Assembly: GCA_012295275.1 (NCBI GenBank)
Contig: CM022669.1
Span: forward strand, 930,001 to 994,000
Direction of reading: 5' to 3'
Source of the DNA: Chrysomallon squamiferum
Lineage: Eukaryota; Animalia; Mollusca
Length of the DNA: 64,000 nucleotides
Positions 42,007 through 57,978 of the stretch are shown in pieces. Under the pieces are notes generated by a model. The model was not told where the DNA came from and made no database searches. It saw nothing but the letters and a program-made list of their open reading frames with translations. Each line of letters starts with the position of its first letter. The first letter of the stretch is position 1. Both the position numbers and the translations under genes were made by a program.

Positions 42007-42935
42007 TTAAAGACATTTGTCAGAGACATGCACAGTTTTTAAAGTTTGATTTCCTAGTTTCAGTGACTCAATAACAAATCCAGGATGGGTGTCTTTTTGT
42101 CTGAAAACAAATGGGTAAATTTCATATAACTGACTACAAGGAACAGAGAACCGCTTAATTCCTCTGTTCTCTCTGTGTAAATATCCTAACGATTGACATT
42201 TTTCAATTTCGTAACGCTTTATGAAATTTGAAGTCTTACAAGGCGTTGGAACAAAACGATCTTCAAAGACACGTAACTGAATTGGGTACACGTCTTCTTT
42301 TTTATATACAAAATGTTTTATGTTTGAAAATAAACCAGAAACCTGTTTTGCATCTTCCTTAAAAAGAATATATCGATAAAAGGATATTTATATGACTTGC
42401 CACTCAAAGGTGGAAGATCCTTGAGGTAAAACTTCCACTGAACGTTTTTAGGAGAGTACAGGTAATATCCAGGAACACTTGATAACACCTTTTTAACCTT
42501 TTCCAGGTCAGTATCGATTATTATAACATCGAGATCGTCATCCCAAGGAACAACTCCATGATGTCTGTAAGCACCAAGAAGAGATCCTTCCCAGAGTAAA
42601 CATTTTAGATTTCCTTTATTGCAGGCTTCGAGGAATTTGTCCATAGAAAGAAGCATCTGAGAGTGATCGTTTACGGAAAGTCTCGGCAAAAAATGTTTTA
42701 ACAGCTCGTTTGTTTCCAATTTGTCTTTTTGTGGAACATACCAGGTCAGCATTGCTTTTATCGAATCTTTTAATGGAATATTTAAACTCTTTAATGAATA
42801 GATTGTCTCAGGGAAATTTTGGTATTTCTCGAAAATTTCATGTTTGTACTTCAGAGAAGTTATGTAGACGACAGAAAACATACTCAAACAACCAACAGTT
42901 AGAATAAAAAATAAATATTTACTAAACATCGCCAT
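42007..42935 (-). pseudogene. LicD type A copy 5, with a single 1-bp frameshift and a 12-bp in-frame deletion
   Basis: 929 bp = 942-12-1. The frameshift is in the A-run at ~42361 (ttaaaaagaat versus ttaaagaagaat). All catalytic motifs are intact. Confidence 0.85.
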
Positions 42936-43283
42936 TTTAGTAGATAACAGGTTTAATTTTTTGTTTATTTATTTTTATCTTTATAGTTTTATTTTTTCAC
43001 TTCTTTATTTTTCTTTTCTTTTTTTCTTTTTTTTGACAAATTGCAGATTAAATCGTAAATATGGATAATAACAATAACAAGTGAGTGTGAGTTTTCACTG
43101 ACACATGCTGTAACACGAGTCTGGGATGTTTCAGGGCGTCACAGAGTCTTTGGCAGCAAAGTATCTGAAAATTAACAAACAAAAAGGAAAAAAGAAATTT
43201 ACTTGTACGAAAACATTCACAGGTCAAAACTGGAGACGAAAATAAAACAAAATGTTATCATTCTGCAAAATCTATTATGAGAC

Positions 43284-43327
<44 letters not shown>

Positions 43328-44109
43328 GAAATTAAACAAAAACAACCATAAATAAGAAAATCTGTTTCATCAAATATGGATAATCCACATTATTTGATAC
43401 TATTGTTGTAGGTATTTTTATTGTTACAGAATTTTCAGTACATAGCTGTTTGTTCAGCGGTTGTAGAACAGATATCCTTCATATCCCTTTCCACGTGTTT
43501 CTCCCCACACAGACACGAATGTAAACGTACTTTATCATCTTTAACCGAAGAATAGGAACTACACAATTATAACAACTAATAACAACAACAACAATAATAA
43601 TCAGAAAAAATAACTTTGAAATTAAAACAAAAAAGTAAATATAATAAACTTTAAAGGGAGAAAAATGTCTTGCTCTTTCAGTGTCGTAAATAAATGCCGG
43701 GTATGGTACAATTTCTTCACAAAAGTAAATCCGTTTTTTCAGCTCTACCACGCAGTTCATCTTCAGTTCCACTTGCTGTAATCTACTTGTAACTAGTATC
43801 ACATCTGTTGCAGGCAATGTTCACGTGTTCCTCTGCATTGCACGTAGTGTAATAAATACACAAAAGTGTCTGTATTAAAGGTGTGACATACAGTTTTCAA
43901 CATTTCATTTACTCTCTGTTCAGGTTGTATTTCTATAAAAATTGCCTAAATTGAAAAGTTGGATACTTCTGTTTCTGTTTATTATACAAACGTTATACAG
44001 AAATAACGGCTTATCAAGGCAAGGCCAAAACTTTAAGACGGTTTCCCAGGACCTCCGTGTACATCAATGGGAATCCCCGCTTGTCTGTTGTTCTTCCTTA
44101 GAGTTTTCC

Positions 44110-44159
<50 letters not shown>

Positions 44160-45749
44160 TGTGGGTACATATAGATAGATAGATTATTACAGACGTCAGT
44201 GAAAACTGAGCAATCAAAACGCAAACCAAGCAAGACTAGGCTGACAAATGTTATAACTGTGTTGTTCGTTTTGTAAACTAAACATTTTGGCTACCAGTTG
44301 AATGGTCTCAAATATTTAAACGTTAAAACGAAAACGATATTTCCTATTTTCTTCAGTCTATTAACTGTTTGTGACCAACAAACACTTTTCAAAAATACAG
44401 TATCGGAAAAAACAATATTTCAGCTTTTAAAAGACGAACCGTTCTGCCTAAGACAGATGTCACCACAGAATGTTTTCTGTCGAACCACGCTCATGCTTCT
44501 AAACAAAGATTTAGTTGTAAGAAATATATTTCACCACGACTATTAAATAATGTTAGGTACTTTTGTACTTCGATAAGCAACCCGACACTTAAGACTTTAT
44601 GAGACGACAAACTGGGTCATCGATTTCAGTGATTCGTGACGAGTTTGACTTTAGCTAAATTAGATCATTTTTAACGTTTTATTACAAAGCTGAAGCAATG
44701 AATCAAACACACTCAGTAAAGAATAATAAATAAAAAAATTAAAAATATAATTTAATTTAATTAAATTAATAAATAAAACTTAAATGATTGATTGATGATG
44801 GTAATAATAACCAGTGGGAAAGTGACTGATTATGTCCATTTTCATCAACCAGAACCTCCTGAATTATGTTTAAAGGTTCTTCTTCGTGAGCAACATTATA
44901 ATTCTTTTCATAAGCTGTCGATTTAGCCCCAGAAATTACGATTTAATTTAAGTGATAAATCTGTAGTGATGTGATATCGGAGCCGATGACATATAGATCG
45001 TCTGACTTTGCCTCTACCGTGGATAACAGATCATCAAAGTTATTTAGACACATCACTTCTGGCAAAATGTTAGTTGTAGACTGTGTTAAGGACGGCTTCT
45101 GCAGAAAATCTGTGATGGATATAAACAGTTTACTTATTTCTGATGCATGGAAAGAGAAAAATTTATGGTCGAGTGACTTCAGTTTCTCGATTGTGGTATT
45201 CTAAGAAAAGTAACATTCTCATTTATGATTGTTCAGTCAGTAGTATTTACCTTTCATTTGATTTTTTTTTTTTTTTTTTTTTGGTTGTGACAATGCCTTG
45301 GAATATTCGAGTTGATGGATCGAATAAATATGGTTAATTAGTATTAGTTGGTCAAATTAAATTTGTTTTGTTTAAAACCCGGTTCAAACAGTACTGTACA
45401 CATACAAATAATAACATATCATCATTCAGTAAAATGTTCCTTATTCAGTCTTTCTTTGGTTTCACATTTGCATCATGAAGTCCACTTCCACTTTTAAACA
45501 TGCTCGCTGAGTAACTAGTTGTAAAATGTATCAGTTAATGTATTCGCTGTATTACAAGTGTTGTAAAGCCTCAGGCAGTAATATATATATATATCAGTTT
45601 ACAACGACCATGGCACATTTAAATATCGTTTTTGTAATCACTTTTAAAAAGATTTTTCAGTTGTTATTTCAGTGTAAACTCAAACTAAAAAAAGTCAGAT
45701 GTCGCTGACGAGTACATTTATACGTATCTATCTATGTATATATGTCTGT

Positions 45750-45895
<146 letters not shown>

Positions 45896-45984
45896 GTATA
45901 TGAACACGTGTGCATGTGTGTGTGTCTATATGTTTGTGTGTATGTATGTACATAAATAAATAAATGTAATTACACTGCTTATAA

Positions 45985-46795
<811 letters not shown>

Positions 46796-46830
46796 CATCA
46801 TCATCGTCATCATCATTATTATTATTACTA

Positions 46831-46864
<34 letters not shown>

Positions 46865-46890
46865 TGCTGTTACTATTATTATTATTATTA

Positions 46891-46990
<100 letters not shown>

Positions 46991-47329
46991 TTGACTGATA
47001 GATTAAAATTCATCAATCAGTTACACATTTTACGTCAGACCATAGAAAACTATCTAAGATTTATACAAACAACATACAAAGCTAAGATTTATAAAGAGAA
47101 CAAACAAAGCTGTTTAAGATTTAAGAGCAGAACACAGAAAGATATCTAAGATTTAAAACACAGAACATAGAAAGTCATCTAAGATTAGTTAACTGACTTG
47201 TTAAGATCATGTTTTGTTGCTTCCTCGTTAAGTTTCGATTCTAAAATCCTCCATCTTCTGTAACTACCGCGTCAAATAGGCTGTCGTTTTGTTTTTCTTT
47301 TTTTTTTCTTTTCTTTTGCTCTATCCACT

Positions 47330-47738
47330 GCTATATTATGCTTTATTACTTACATAATTTCATTTTAATGTGCTTAGAGTTTTAAGTCTTGGGTGCGACA
47401 TCTTAGAAATGTTTAAAGTGGTTGTTCACAGATTTTTAAAAGTGTTTTTGAAAATATAAACTGGTAACCGATTGTGCCAGTCACGTGATAGATCCCCCGC
47501 TAAAACAGTTTTTTCAACAACTTAAATATAACGTGGTTTTACTATTTCATGTATAATTAGGTGTCAAAAGTTCAGGGCGGAAGGACTAAGACAGCAGTAA
47601 ATTGAAATAGCGTTCTTTGAAACTGAGTGTTTCTTTAAGGATACATTTTTTAAACTCTGAATTTTTGTATCTGGCAGCTGGCTATCATTTATTTTGTCAA
47701 ATTACGAATATATATCATAATTATCGGTATGCTTTAAA

Positions 47739-47825
<87 letters not shown>

Positions 47826-48320
47826 CACATGTATATATTTATGCATATATCAATATGATTGTTCCACACTTGAGGTAGGTTTTCTATAAACCAATCAGAA
47901 GAGTGTTTCAGTGAGAGATAATTTCTTTTCTACAGCTGCTTGTTTAATTTACTTTGCAAGCAGGATACACGTGTTAATTATTTTCGCATGCACAGACTTT
48001 CAGCAATGATATTCTGTCCTCAAATACAAATTATAGATAATAACGAGTCGAAGAACTAACGAAGAGATAAAAAATGTTTGAGTTATCTTAGGCTAATTAC
48101 TTTCAGAATGTCTGACACACGTTTTATCAATAGTTTTTAGAACACATGCATTCGAGCTTGCTGCACTGGCTACATCTTAACTGCTGTTTAGGTATTGTCC
48201 TTGTGATGCACGCCTTTCTTGATTCCCAGATCGATCCTTGTCTATCGAATCTATGTTTGTTTCTTAGGCAAGTCCAGATTCGACCCATTATTGACAAGAT
48301 AATAAACATGTACACGTAAC
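47330..48320 (-). pseudogene. Most complete decayed Ser/Thr kinase domain (K1), unit 5
   Basis: Ordered fragments KKGVHHKDNT*TAVKM, LIKRVSDILK, YNLYLRTEYHC, LVYR../LKCGTIILI (HRDLKxxN-like, ~47850-47895), LKHTDNY, FRPELL, IYHVTG and KTLLKICEQPL. A (CT)n run lies at 47742-47823. Confidence 0.6.
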
Positions 48321-48388
48321 TACAAATAATAAAATCTCAGTTTGTTTCTTCACGTATTTACGTACACAATAGTGTTAAATAAACAGTC

Positions 48389-48570
48389 TCAACACATCGA
48401 GATCGTCATCCCAAGACGTGATGTCTGTAAGCCTCAAGAAGAGATCCTTCCCAGAGTAAACACGTTAGGTTTCCTTTCTTTCAATATTCCATGAATTTGT
48501 CCACGCTTGAGCATATCATCATTTTCTTCTTTCATTTTATTTTGAATATACCATTTCTGATATTTTGTCA
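48389..48570 (-). pseudogene. LicD type C fragment
   Basis: Paralog of 40229-40410. Confidence 0.85.
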
Positions 48571-48580
48571 TGTTCTGTTG

Positions 48581-48653
<73 letters not shown>

Positions 48654-48719
48654 CGTTTTTTGCAAACAGCTTTGCATAATTTTTACAAAAGTTTTATTTT
48701 TTTAAATCTTATCTTATTA

Positions 48720-49133
48720 TTATGTTTCTAACTTTGTCAAGGTTTGTGTCAACTATGACTACGTCAATGTCGTCATCCCAAGGAATAATTCTGTGATGTC
48801 TGTAAGCACCAAGAAGAGATCCTTCCCAGAGTAAACACGTTAGGTTTCCTGTCTTTCAGGCTTCCATGAATTTGTCCAAACTTAGAATTAACACTTTGTC
48901 GTGATCTGACAGTCTGGGTAGAAAATGCTTGAGCAAGTTATCATTTTGTAGTTTGATTTTATTTGGGATGTACCACGTGTTGATATTTTGTGATGTTATA
49001 TTTAGGAAACAATTCTGTCCACAGCCAGATTGAGATAACTGTTCTTTTTCATAGAGGAAAACATCACAACTGAAAACACAGTGAAAATATCTGGTACGAT
49101 AAAACCTATCACATACTTTGGACAGGCAGCCAT
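48720..49133 (-). pseudogene. LicD type C, longest remnant (5' half)
   Basis: ATG at 49133 gives MAACPKYVIGFIVPDIFTVFSVVMF. After a frameshift it reads [76 protein letters not shown], then is truncated. Confidence 0.9.
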
Positions 49134-49829
49134 GACGTTTTTTTTAATGTTACTTATTTACTGTTTACTGATTTCATTTATTAGACATGTTGAATCGAAG
49201 CACTGAGAAGACGACGATGATGACGATGATGATGATTACGATGAGAGTTATCATGATCATGATAATAATAAGATAAAAGAGAAGTCTAAACGAGATAATC
49301 TATGATTATCAAAATTCATCCTGGATGGAGAGTTATGCGAGGATGTAACAGACAAACTGCATAAACGCTATTTCTACCAACAATTCACATAAATGAAACA
49401 GTTCAGTGGTGAATCTATCATGAATATATCTATAGAGTTTAATATTAAGAGCTATTACGACAAGCGCCTGCAGGTTATACTCTATGTTCAAAAAATAATA
49501 ATAATAATAAAAAATAGAAATGTGCCTTGAGAAGAAAGTTTATATTAAACGAAAGTGCGACAGCCTACACCTCATAACCAGTTGTGTTAATCTGGAATCC
49601 TCTCCAGTCAACTTTCAAGACCACGGACATTTTTCTAAACTCATATTTAGTTTATAAATATTCGCTCGATCTACAAGAAGCCTTCAAATAAATTGCTGAA
49701 TATGAACTTTCAACAGACTTCTACTCTTTTTTTTATGTGGAAATAAAATAAAACGAAACAATTGATTAAATAATTCATTAATTAGAAATGAATAAAATCA
49801 GTTTAGAATCCTTATTTTATTTATTTATT

Positions 49830-49948
<119 letters not shown>

Positions 49949-50059
49949 TTTTATTTTATTTTATTTTGTTTTATTTATTTGTAATTGTTTTTTAGTTTTT
50001 TTCTAAACTGTAAATATAATGTGTTCGATGCTTGTTATTACAAAAAAGAAATCTTTCAA

Positions 50060-52500
50060 CTGAATATGGAACATTTTATTTTGTAAATTGTGGGAAAATA
50101 ATCTTGCAACCTTCAGTGGATCATCTAACGATTAGAAGCCAGTTTACGTGACTTTGTGCTGTTCTTGTGCAGCTACGTGGTTTCGTGTTACTAGGGGGTT
50201 AATTCTGCATAACACAGTTAGCGTGAACCTTGTCGCTACCCTCTCGTGTTCTAGTACGGCACAGGGCACCCAGGAAAGTACAAACGACCAGTTTGATGAG
50301 TCGTATTAACATGTGTGACATGTAGACAAAATAAAAACATTTTATTTAATTTATAGACGTATTGCAATAAATAAAGGTTTTCACTTTCAAGAAAGTTTCG
50401 AAATCATCACCCTTAACTTCTCTTCAAACACAAAGCTTTATCATCCCTTACTTTTCAAACACACAGCTTTATCATCACTTACTTTTCAAACACACAGCTT
50501 TATCATTACTTACTTTTCAAACACACCGTTGTTATCATCACTTACTTTTAACAAATATTTCAAGATTATGTAATATGTAAGAATTACCCAGTGTTTTATG
50601 TCATGCATTAAAGACATGAGAGTAATGTTGTGTGTAGATAACACTAAAAGTTAATAACACAAAACAACAACAAAATTAAAGTGTAAACATTTATTCTAAC
50701 CAGACTGACACTGCTAGCCAGCCAAATTGCTCTGATAAATATCCTCAATTCAACAATAAATATGCCAAGAAAAAAAAGATAAATGTACATTCTCTCTATC
50801 TGAACTGACAAAATGAAATCTAGCTACCTTGAGCCATGCGATATCGCTCCTGACACTTGCATACATTAATAAATTAGTGACTTAGAAAATAATACACAGT
50901 TTACGACACTGTTGTAAAAGGAAACAACTGTAACTGAGATCAATGCACATTGTGTACTAACTACGGGTATTTGTTGTTGTGTTTATTATACACTGTGCTG
51001 ACAGTTACTTTACTCCTGAATCCTCATTTCAAGAATTGAAACAGAAAATTATTTTAATCACCACTTCTGAACTCGATCTTTACACTGATTAACAGAATAT
51101 TTTTATTTATTGATTTATTTATTTTCACTTTATCAGTAATAAAACGAAAAACTTCTCGAAGTAAGTAAATAAACCTATCATTCGTGAAATTTATCAAAAC
51201 CAAATAGTACAAAGTTTACCATAATTCATAGGTCAAAAGTTAAATGATGTATCTTTTAAAATATTACATTAATAAATACATACATTACATTTTTTTAAAT
51301 AATAATAAACAGAAAGAAAGGTTTCAAACAACCAAACAATGGCAGTAGAGTTATTTCCCTTTACAACTTTTTTTTTTTTTTTTTTTTTAAAAATAACAAA
51401 TACATACAACACAAAATAGACTGAGTCCTAAACTCAGTCACTATAGAATATGGAAACAAAACATAACGGTTACTTTAAGGCCCCCAAACAACTGCGATCT
51501 GTTTGTATAATAATTATATATATATATATATTTATTTTTTTTAACTGACACTTCACTTATTCTGATCAATGATATTATTATTTTATTAATACATATAAAA
51601 ATTTAAAGTGCATTACTTTATAAGGGAGATAAGTACATTTAAATTGTTGTAATTTAAATAATGATGTTATTAACACATGACGAATTATCTGAAGTAATAA
51701 CTAAATGTCTGGTGACAAAGATTTTTTCTATCACAGAAGTGGTGATGAATTGGCAAACAGATTCTTTTCTTTTTTCTTTTCATTTTTTTTTTATGTCAAA
51801 TTTCAATAAACTTTGTCGTTTTGTTTTTCATAATATACATATTACTGTCCAAAATTACAACAAAAATGTTATGATATACTAATAAAAATGGTGTAGGATT
51901 GTCTAAATTAATCAGAATTATTTCAAATCCAGTCAAAAGTGAATTAACTAATGATATTAATGATGTTGGACAGTGAGTAAAAATGATAATTTTAACACTG
52001 TCACTGACTGATCGTGGATATATCTTATTGTATAAAAATCATCTGTACACTACAAAAAAACGGAATGCTTACCTAAGACTAAGTCTAACATCAACTAACA
52101 TATACTTCTCTTTGTTTTACATCAGTTCAATAAACTTTACATAGCACACTTTGTAAAATACCATGACAACCACTATCTACAATAAATAAACACACTACAA
52201 GTATGTATATGACCAAATGAAATAAGAAATTAATAAACATGGATATGATAACTGGCTTGAACACATAAACAAGTATACTGGGATAAAAATTATAAAGGCT
52301 CTTTTCAAACAAGGGTAAACGTTTCAATTGCTTTGTATAGTAAATATTATTATAGTGCATAGAACTGTGTAAAACTAGATTTAAAAAGAAACAAACAACA
52401 TCAAATGAAATTATTGTGACAAAGGCTTCTCTTCAATCAGTAAGTAATTAAAACACTGAAATCACTATTTTAAATATTATTGCTGTGAAATTTGATTCAG
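50060..52500 (+). repeat. Inverted duplicate of array spacer sequence
   Basis: 50060-50545 is the reverse complement of ~17700-18150. 50555-51045 is the reverse complement of ~6985-7475. 51950-52500 is the reverse complement of ~6140-6640 and 16250-16735. Confidence 0.9.
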
Positions 52501-53094
52501 TAAAATATCAAAATAAAACCTTTACCAAAATATGCAAAAACATTTACACAAAAGAATAATAATAATAATAATAATTAAACACTTGTTTTAAAATGTGATC
52601 CTACTTGCCAAATTAACATATTCATATTTTTGATATAATTTACATATTTACTTAATTCAAGAAATATTAATTTTCATGAAAAAATAATAATATCAAAACC
52701 AAGAATGTATTTTTTTTTTTAAAGACAATTGTTTAAAAGGAAATAATTAAATTTTGTTGTGAAATAATTAATAGTTTTAGACAAGAAAAACAAATTAATT
52801 AAATAAATAAATCTGTGTACTGTTTCTAAAGTGACAGAGTTCACTAGAAAACAGTATCGTGAAAAACAGTAAACCTTTGTACAGATTATTCATTTTGTGT
52901 AGGCAGTCGGGGGTGGGTGTGTCCTTTAGCACAGAATATTAATATTATAAATTTGACTCAGTAAGATAAAATACAGGTAAATATTACAGCAAGTAACTGA
53001 AACAAACGTAATTTCTGAATTCAGTGTATTTGATTCTGACAGAACATTTAATGGATAGCCTCAAATGGAGCATGTTACCAGTTTGACATAAGCC

Positions 53095-53445
53095 TGAAGA
53101 CTTTTTCAATGTGACTGTTCTGAAATACACTGTTAAATATGACTTTTTCTGAAATATAGTTTTAATGTGACTATTCTGAAATACAGTGTTAATATGACTC
53201 TTTCTGAAATATAGTTAAAATGTGACACTTTGAAATACACTGTTAATATAACTGTTTAGAAATAGTTTTAATATGACTGTTTTGAAATACAGTTTTAATA
53301 TGACTGTTTTTGAAATACACTGTTAATATGTCTGTTTTTGAAATATAGTTTTAATATGACTGGTTTGAAATACAGTCTTAATGTGACTGTTCTGAAATAT
53401 AGTTTTAATATGTTTTTGAAATATAGTGCTAATATGACTGTTTCT
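53095..53445. repeat. Degenerate ~28-bp minisatellite (gactgttctgaaatacactgttaaatat)
   Basis: About 12 diverged tandem units. Confidence 0.85.
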
Positions 53446-54322
53446 GGCATGTAGGGTCACAAATGAAAATAATGTTTTACTATTTCAGTTTACTTTCTGT
53501 ATTTATTTTACATTAAATAATGAATCTAACATTTGTAATAAAAAAAAGGAGATTAAAAAAATGGTTCAGGGTTATAAAAGACACTGTACATAATTGTGGT
53601 GTGCATAATTAACTGTGTACATTATCACATAAAAATGAATTGCATAGATGTAAAACATATAAACAAGAAACAAAATGTCCTATATCAGACTGCATTTGTA
53701 AACAAGAAGTAAGCAAGCAGTACATCATGTCACATACAAATGATTGTTTCTGATTTCTAGTATGACAGAAGCTAAGCAATTACAAAGGCTTAAACTGACT
53801 GAATGTTGAAATGTGTATTATCTCAGTCAGTGGGAAAAAAAACAAATGGTAGACGTTAAAATAAAAAATTTACACATTACTCTAAGTCACAAGATTACAA
53901 TTTGAATTTCAAAAAATCTAATTTACATATAAGTGTCAGTGACAAAATTTCAAGTTGTGATTTAAATAAAAATAAATTAAATTTTTGTATTTGGTTCCAG
54001 ACCGATAAATCTGAGAACTTCAGTCCAGTTCCAGCTGAATGAGATTTCTGTGCATGATTCATAATGTGAGTCGTTTTTCTGTACAAAGTTTGATTTACTT
54101 TAAATGTGTATATTAGACTGATAGTAGATCAAACAAAATTGTGCCAAAATTGCATTTACACTCAGTGTTTTTCTCCAAACTATCCTATTTTCTTCTTTAA
54201 TACAACTTTAGATTCATTTTATATTATGTAGTTTGATTCATTTTACAATATTTATCGTATTTGATTATTTTATACAACTTTAAATTTAATTCAAAATGCA
54301 TGGTATTTGATTCATTTTACAA

Positions 54323-54527
54323 TATTTATCATATTTGATTTTTTCATACAACTTTAATTTGATTTTATAACATTTTATTTATTTTTACAGTATTTATCAT
54401 ATTTGATTTTTTCATACAACTTTAATTTGATTTTATAACATTTTATTTGTTTTTACAGTATTTATCATATGTGATTTTTTCATACAACTTTAATTTGATT
54501 TTATAACATTTTATTTGTTTTTACAAT
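54323..54527. repeat. 68-bp tandem repeat x3
   Basis: tatttatcatatttgattttttcatacaac recurs at 54323, 54391 and 54459. Confidence 0.9.
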
Positions 54528-56665
54528 ATGTGTCCCTGATGTTGCTGATGAAGTTCTGTTACTTACAGAGCAGTGTTGGTGAGGCCAGCACTCGGAATAA
54601 AACTTGTCATTCACTCATTTCTAAATGTAACATCTGTCTGGATTTAATGGGAATAGGAATAATATCAGTCTAAATTGCCTTTAGAAAAATTAATCACTTC
54701 TTTTGCTATGGTTACAAAAAGATATCTGTCATACTGAATTATGACATAATAAATAAATAGTATCTACAATAATACAGGTACTAATACTGGAGCTGGTGTC
54801 TAATGAAAAGCTATGTACAAACTGTATAAAGTGCAGTAAGTCACTTAACCTGAGTGCAATCAGTCAATACTGTTCAATTTGTTAAAAACTAGAAAATAAA
54901 ATTTATAAACATGTAATAACAGTAACATCTTTTAAAACCATATCATGCCTCTCAGTTTCTTTTTATTTCATAAATTTGTTAATTTTACATAGTTAAATTT
55001 TTATTACAACTAACTATTTATTTCTATTTCTTTCTTTTTATTAAATAAAATTGATCATTATTATCAAATGTTTGCATATGTTTTTTATTGGATATTTTTT
55101 GTTGTTGTTTTGTGTCTTTTTTGTTGTCGATTTTTTAAATTATTTGCTAGTTTTTATTATTGCAGTATTATACTTTTAGATTATACTTAATTATAAACTG
55201 TATTTTTAATAATATTAAATCTAATAAAATAAAAGAAACATAAATAAGGTAGTAACAAAACTAATATTATATATAATAAAACTATAAATATACAGAAAAA
55301 TTAAATATTTTTAGCTTGTATAATGACTAATTATTATGTCATGGAAGACAAGAAAAGTAAATTAATACTGAGTCATAATAAAGAAATTAATAACATTTTG
55401 TGACTAAAATGCATAGATGATAATGATATGATATCCACAAAGTTTTCTGCTACCTTACCAAAAAGCCATAAAAGACTGAATCATTGTATTTGAATCAAGC
55501 CAGCCAAAAGATGAATAAAAACTAATAATATTGTATCTCTCATTCTTCCCTGCTTGAAAAACATCACAACACGAAATAACAGAATTTACACATCAATAAT
55601 TGTTAAGAGATTTTGTTTAAACCAAGTAAATATAACCATACAAAACAAAACAAAAAGAACAACAAAACAAAAACGATTCTGTGGTAACTTAAACGTAATA
55701 TTAAATGTGAGTTCAGAAAACATATGTAGACAATACATAGCACCTTGACAATGTTCATAACTTTTTACTTTTATTATATTTTATAATAATTTACTGACAA
55801 AAGCCTCTTGAACAAATGGTAAAGTAATTTTGCTATTTCTCAACTTTGAATCTATTTTTTAATTATTTACTTTCATGTTTTTCTTTTATTGATTATGTAA
55901 AATTTTCTAGATGTTGCAGGTTTATCAAAATATAAAATTCAGTACAAGTACAATATGTGAGTATTTAAATGTAAAGACCAATCAATTTTAAAATGTACAA
56001 TTTTTAGATCAATTCTAAGTATATAAATACAAAACTAAATTAATTAAATGTAAAAAATAATAATAATAAATAAATTATGAGATATGTTATAATATCAAAC
56101 TATACAGAAATGCTAAGTACATTATTACAAACTTTATTTTTAACATGCCTACCAGGTATCACAAAAATAATAATAACAGTGACAGTCTTTCAATCATTAT
56201 TTTGTTCATCAAAAGTTTTGATGCATACCCTTAAATTATAAAGAAAAAAATTCTAAATTTAAATAATAATAATTCCCAAATATTTAAAATACTTGGTGTG
56301 TTTTAATATTTTTCTTTGTTTTTCTAAACGACAGTCACTGAAATATTTTTTTAATTAAAAATGTTTAAAATATTAGTAAACCACAAAAGCTAATAAATTA
56401 ATTTTTAAAACAAAGAAGAAAAACTGAGATCATCTATGACAAATATATGATAACTGTGATAACACCTAGTACATGCATAAATAACAACAATATTCACATT
56501 GCACGTCGTATGATATGCTTAAAACACTAATGGCTAAAACCATTCAACTTAAATTACACTCACGTGTTAATATCTGTGTGAAAACAAATTCATTATTCAA
56601 ACATCTAGTCACACCCATTATGTTCTCAAACATAGTGTCGCTTTTAAACTAATCCACTGGAATTG

Positions 56666-56798
56666 TTCTTTCAAACTGACATGTCTGATCTACCAATAGA
56701 AATAACTCTTTCAAACTGACATGTCTGATCTACCAATAGAAATAACTCTTTCAAATTGACATGTCTGATCTACCAATTGAAATAACTCTTTCAAATTG
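56666..56798. repeat. 40-bp tandem repeat x3
   Basis: tcaaactgacatgtctgatctaccaatagaaataactctt recurs at 56671, 56711 and 56751. Confidence 0.92.
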
Positions 56799-57512
56799 AT
56801 TGACCTGAAATTGTCAATGACAAAATCTTTGATTCGCTTTAACTTATATAATACCAAATTTCTGAAAAAAAATTAATTCAAGCATATTTCATTTTTAATA
56901 AAAAATGAATCTGAATTCTGTTAGACTATAGAAAAGAATAAATTTTGATTTACTACATGTGTTACATAAATGCCACTGGTTTATTTGTACAATTTCTCAA
57001 TCAGTAACAATTGATGATAATTACTTATTGACACTGGACATAAAACAGTTTTTTGTCTAAATTTTAAGATTTCATTACTAAAACCTCCAATATCATACAT
57101 CTCTTATAATAAAACAATTATTGCTGTGCTTTCTTTTCTGCAAAATAAAAGAAAAAAAAAAGTGAAGTTGTATGAATGAAAATTAAATTTCACACTTCAG
57201 AAAAATAAATATTGCTTAAAAGAGACACAGCTGAATGAGACTCAGTCAGCTGTGAAGTAATGTGATGTTTTCAGTGTCCATCTTCATCACAAGAATCCAC
57301 TGTATCTTGTTTTTCCAGTTCCAGACTTGCTCTGTCTGGCTGTTCTACATTCAAATGTCAAGAAGGCAGTGAGAAACAAGCATAACACATCTACATAAAC
57401 ATCAGATTGCTTCATCACCTACCAATGGCACTTTGTGCATGCATCGTTGCATAATCATACTAAATACTAAATCTTGCATATTCTTTCTAAATTGCTAAAA
57501 CTTGCATATATT

Positions 57513-57567
<55 letters not shown>

Positions 57568-57770
57568 GTAACAATATTAATGATAAAAAAAGGGAAGATT
57601 ATATGATGCAAGAATATTTCCTAATTAAAACTTGTTTCTAATGAATGCTATTATTGTCAAATGGATTCAGAATGATTTTGGCCCAAACTAACCACAGTAA
57701 AATTAATGGAACTATTTTCTCAAAGTTTGTGTGATCTTAATAATCATAAAATAATAATAATGAAAATAAT

Positions 57771-57881
<111 letters not shown>

Positions 57882-57978
57882 GGTAAACAAAAGTAAATAA
57901 AATAAAATAAAATAAAATGAATAAAGGAAACAACAAAAAATAATTTTAAAAAGTGATCATGTGGTCATGTTATTCTGG

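Noticed and set aside
47330-48320. Kinase relic as a LicA choline kinase or POMK partner of the LicD/fukutin pathway
   Set aside because: The motifs (GxGxFG, AVK, APE-like) are those of conventional eukaryotic protein kinases. No anchor is seen and no functional link can be supported.
53490-53520. Possible basonuclin polyadenylation signal defining a ~4.5-kb 3' UTR
   Set aside because: AATAAA is ubiquitous in this AT-rich DNA and cannot be assigned without transcript data.
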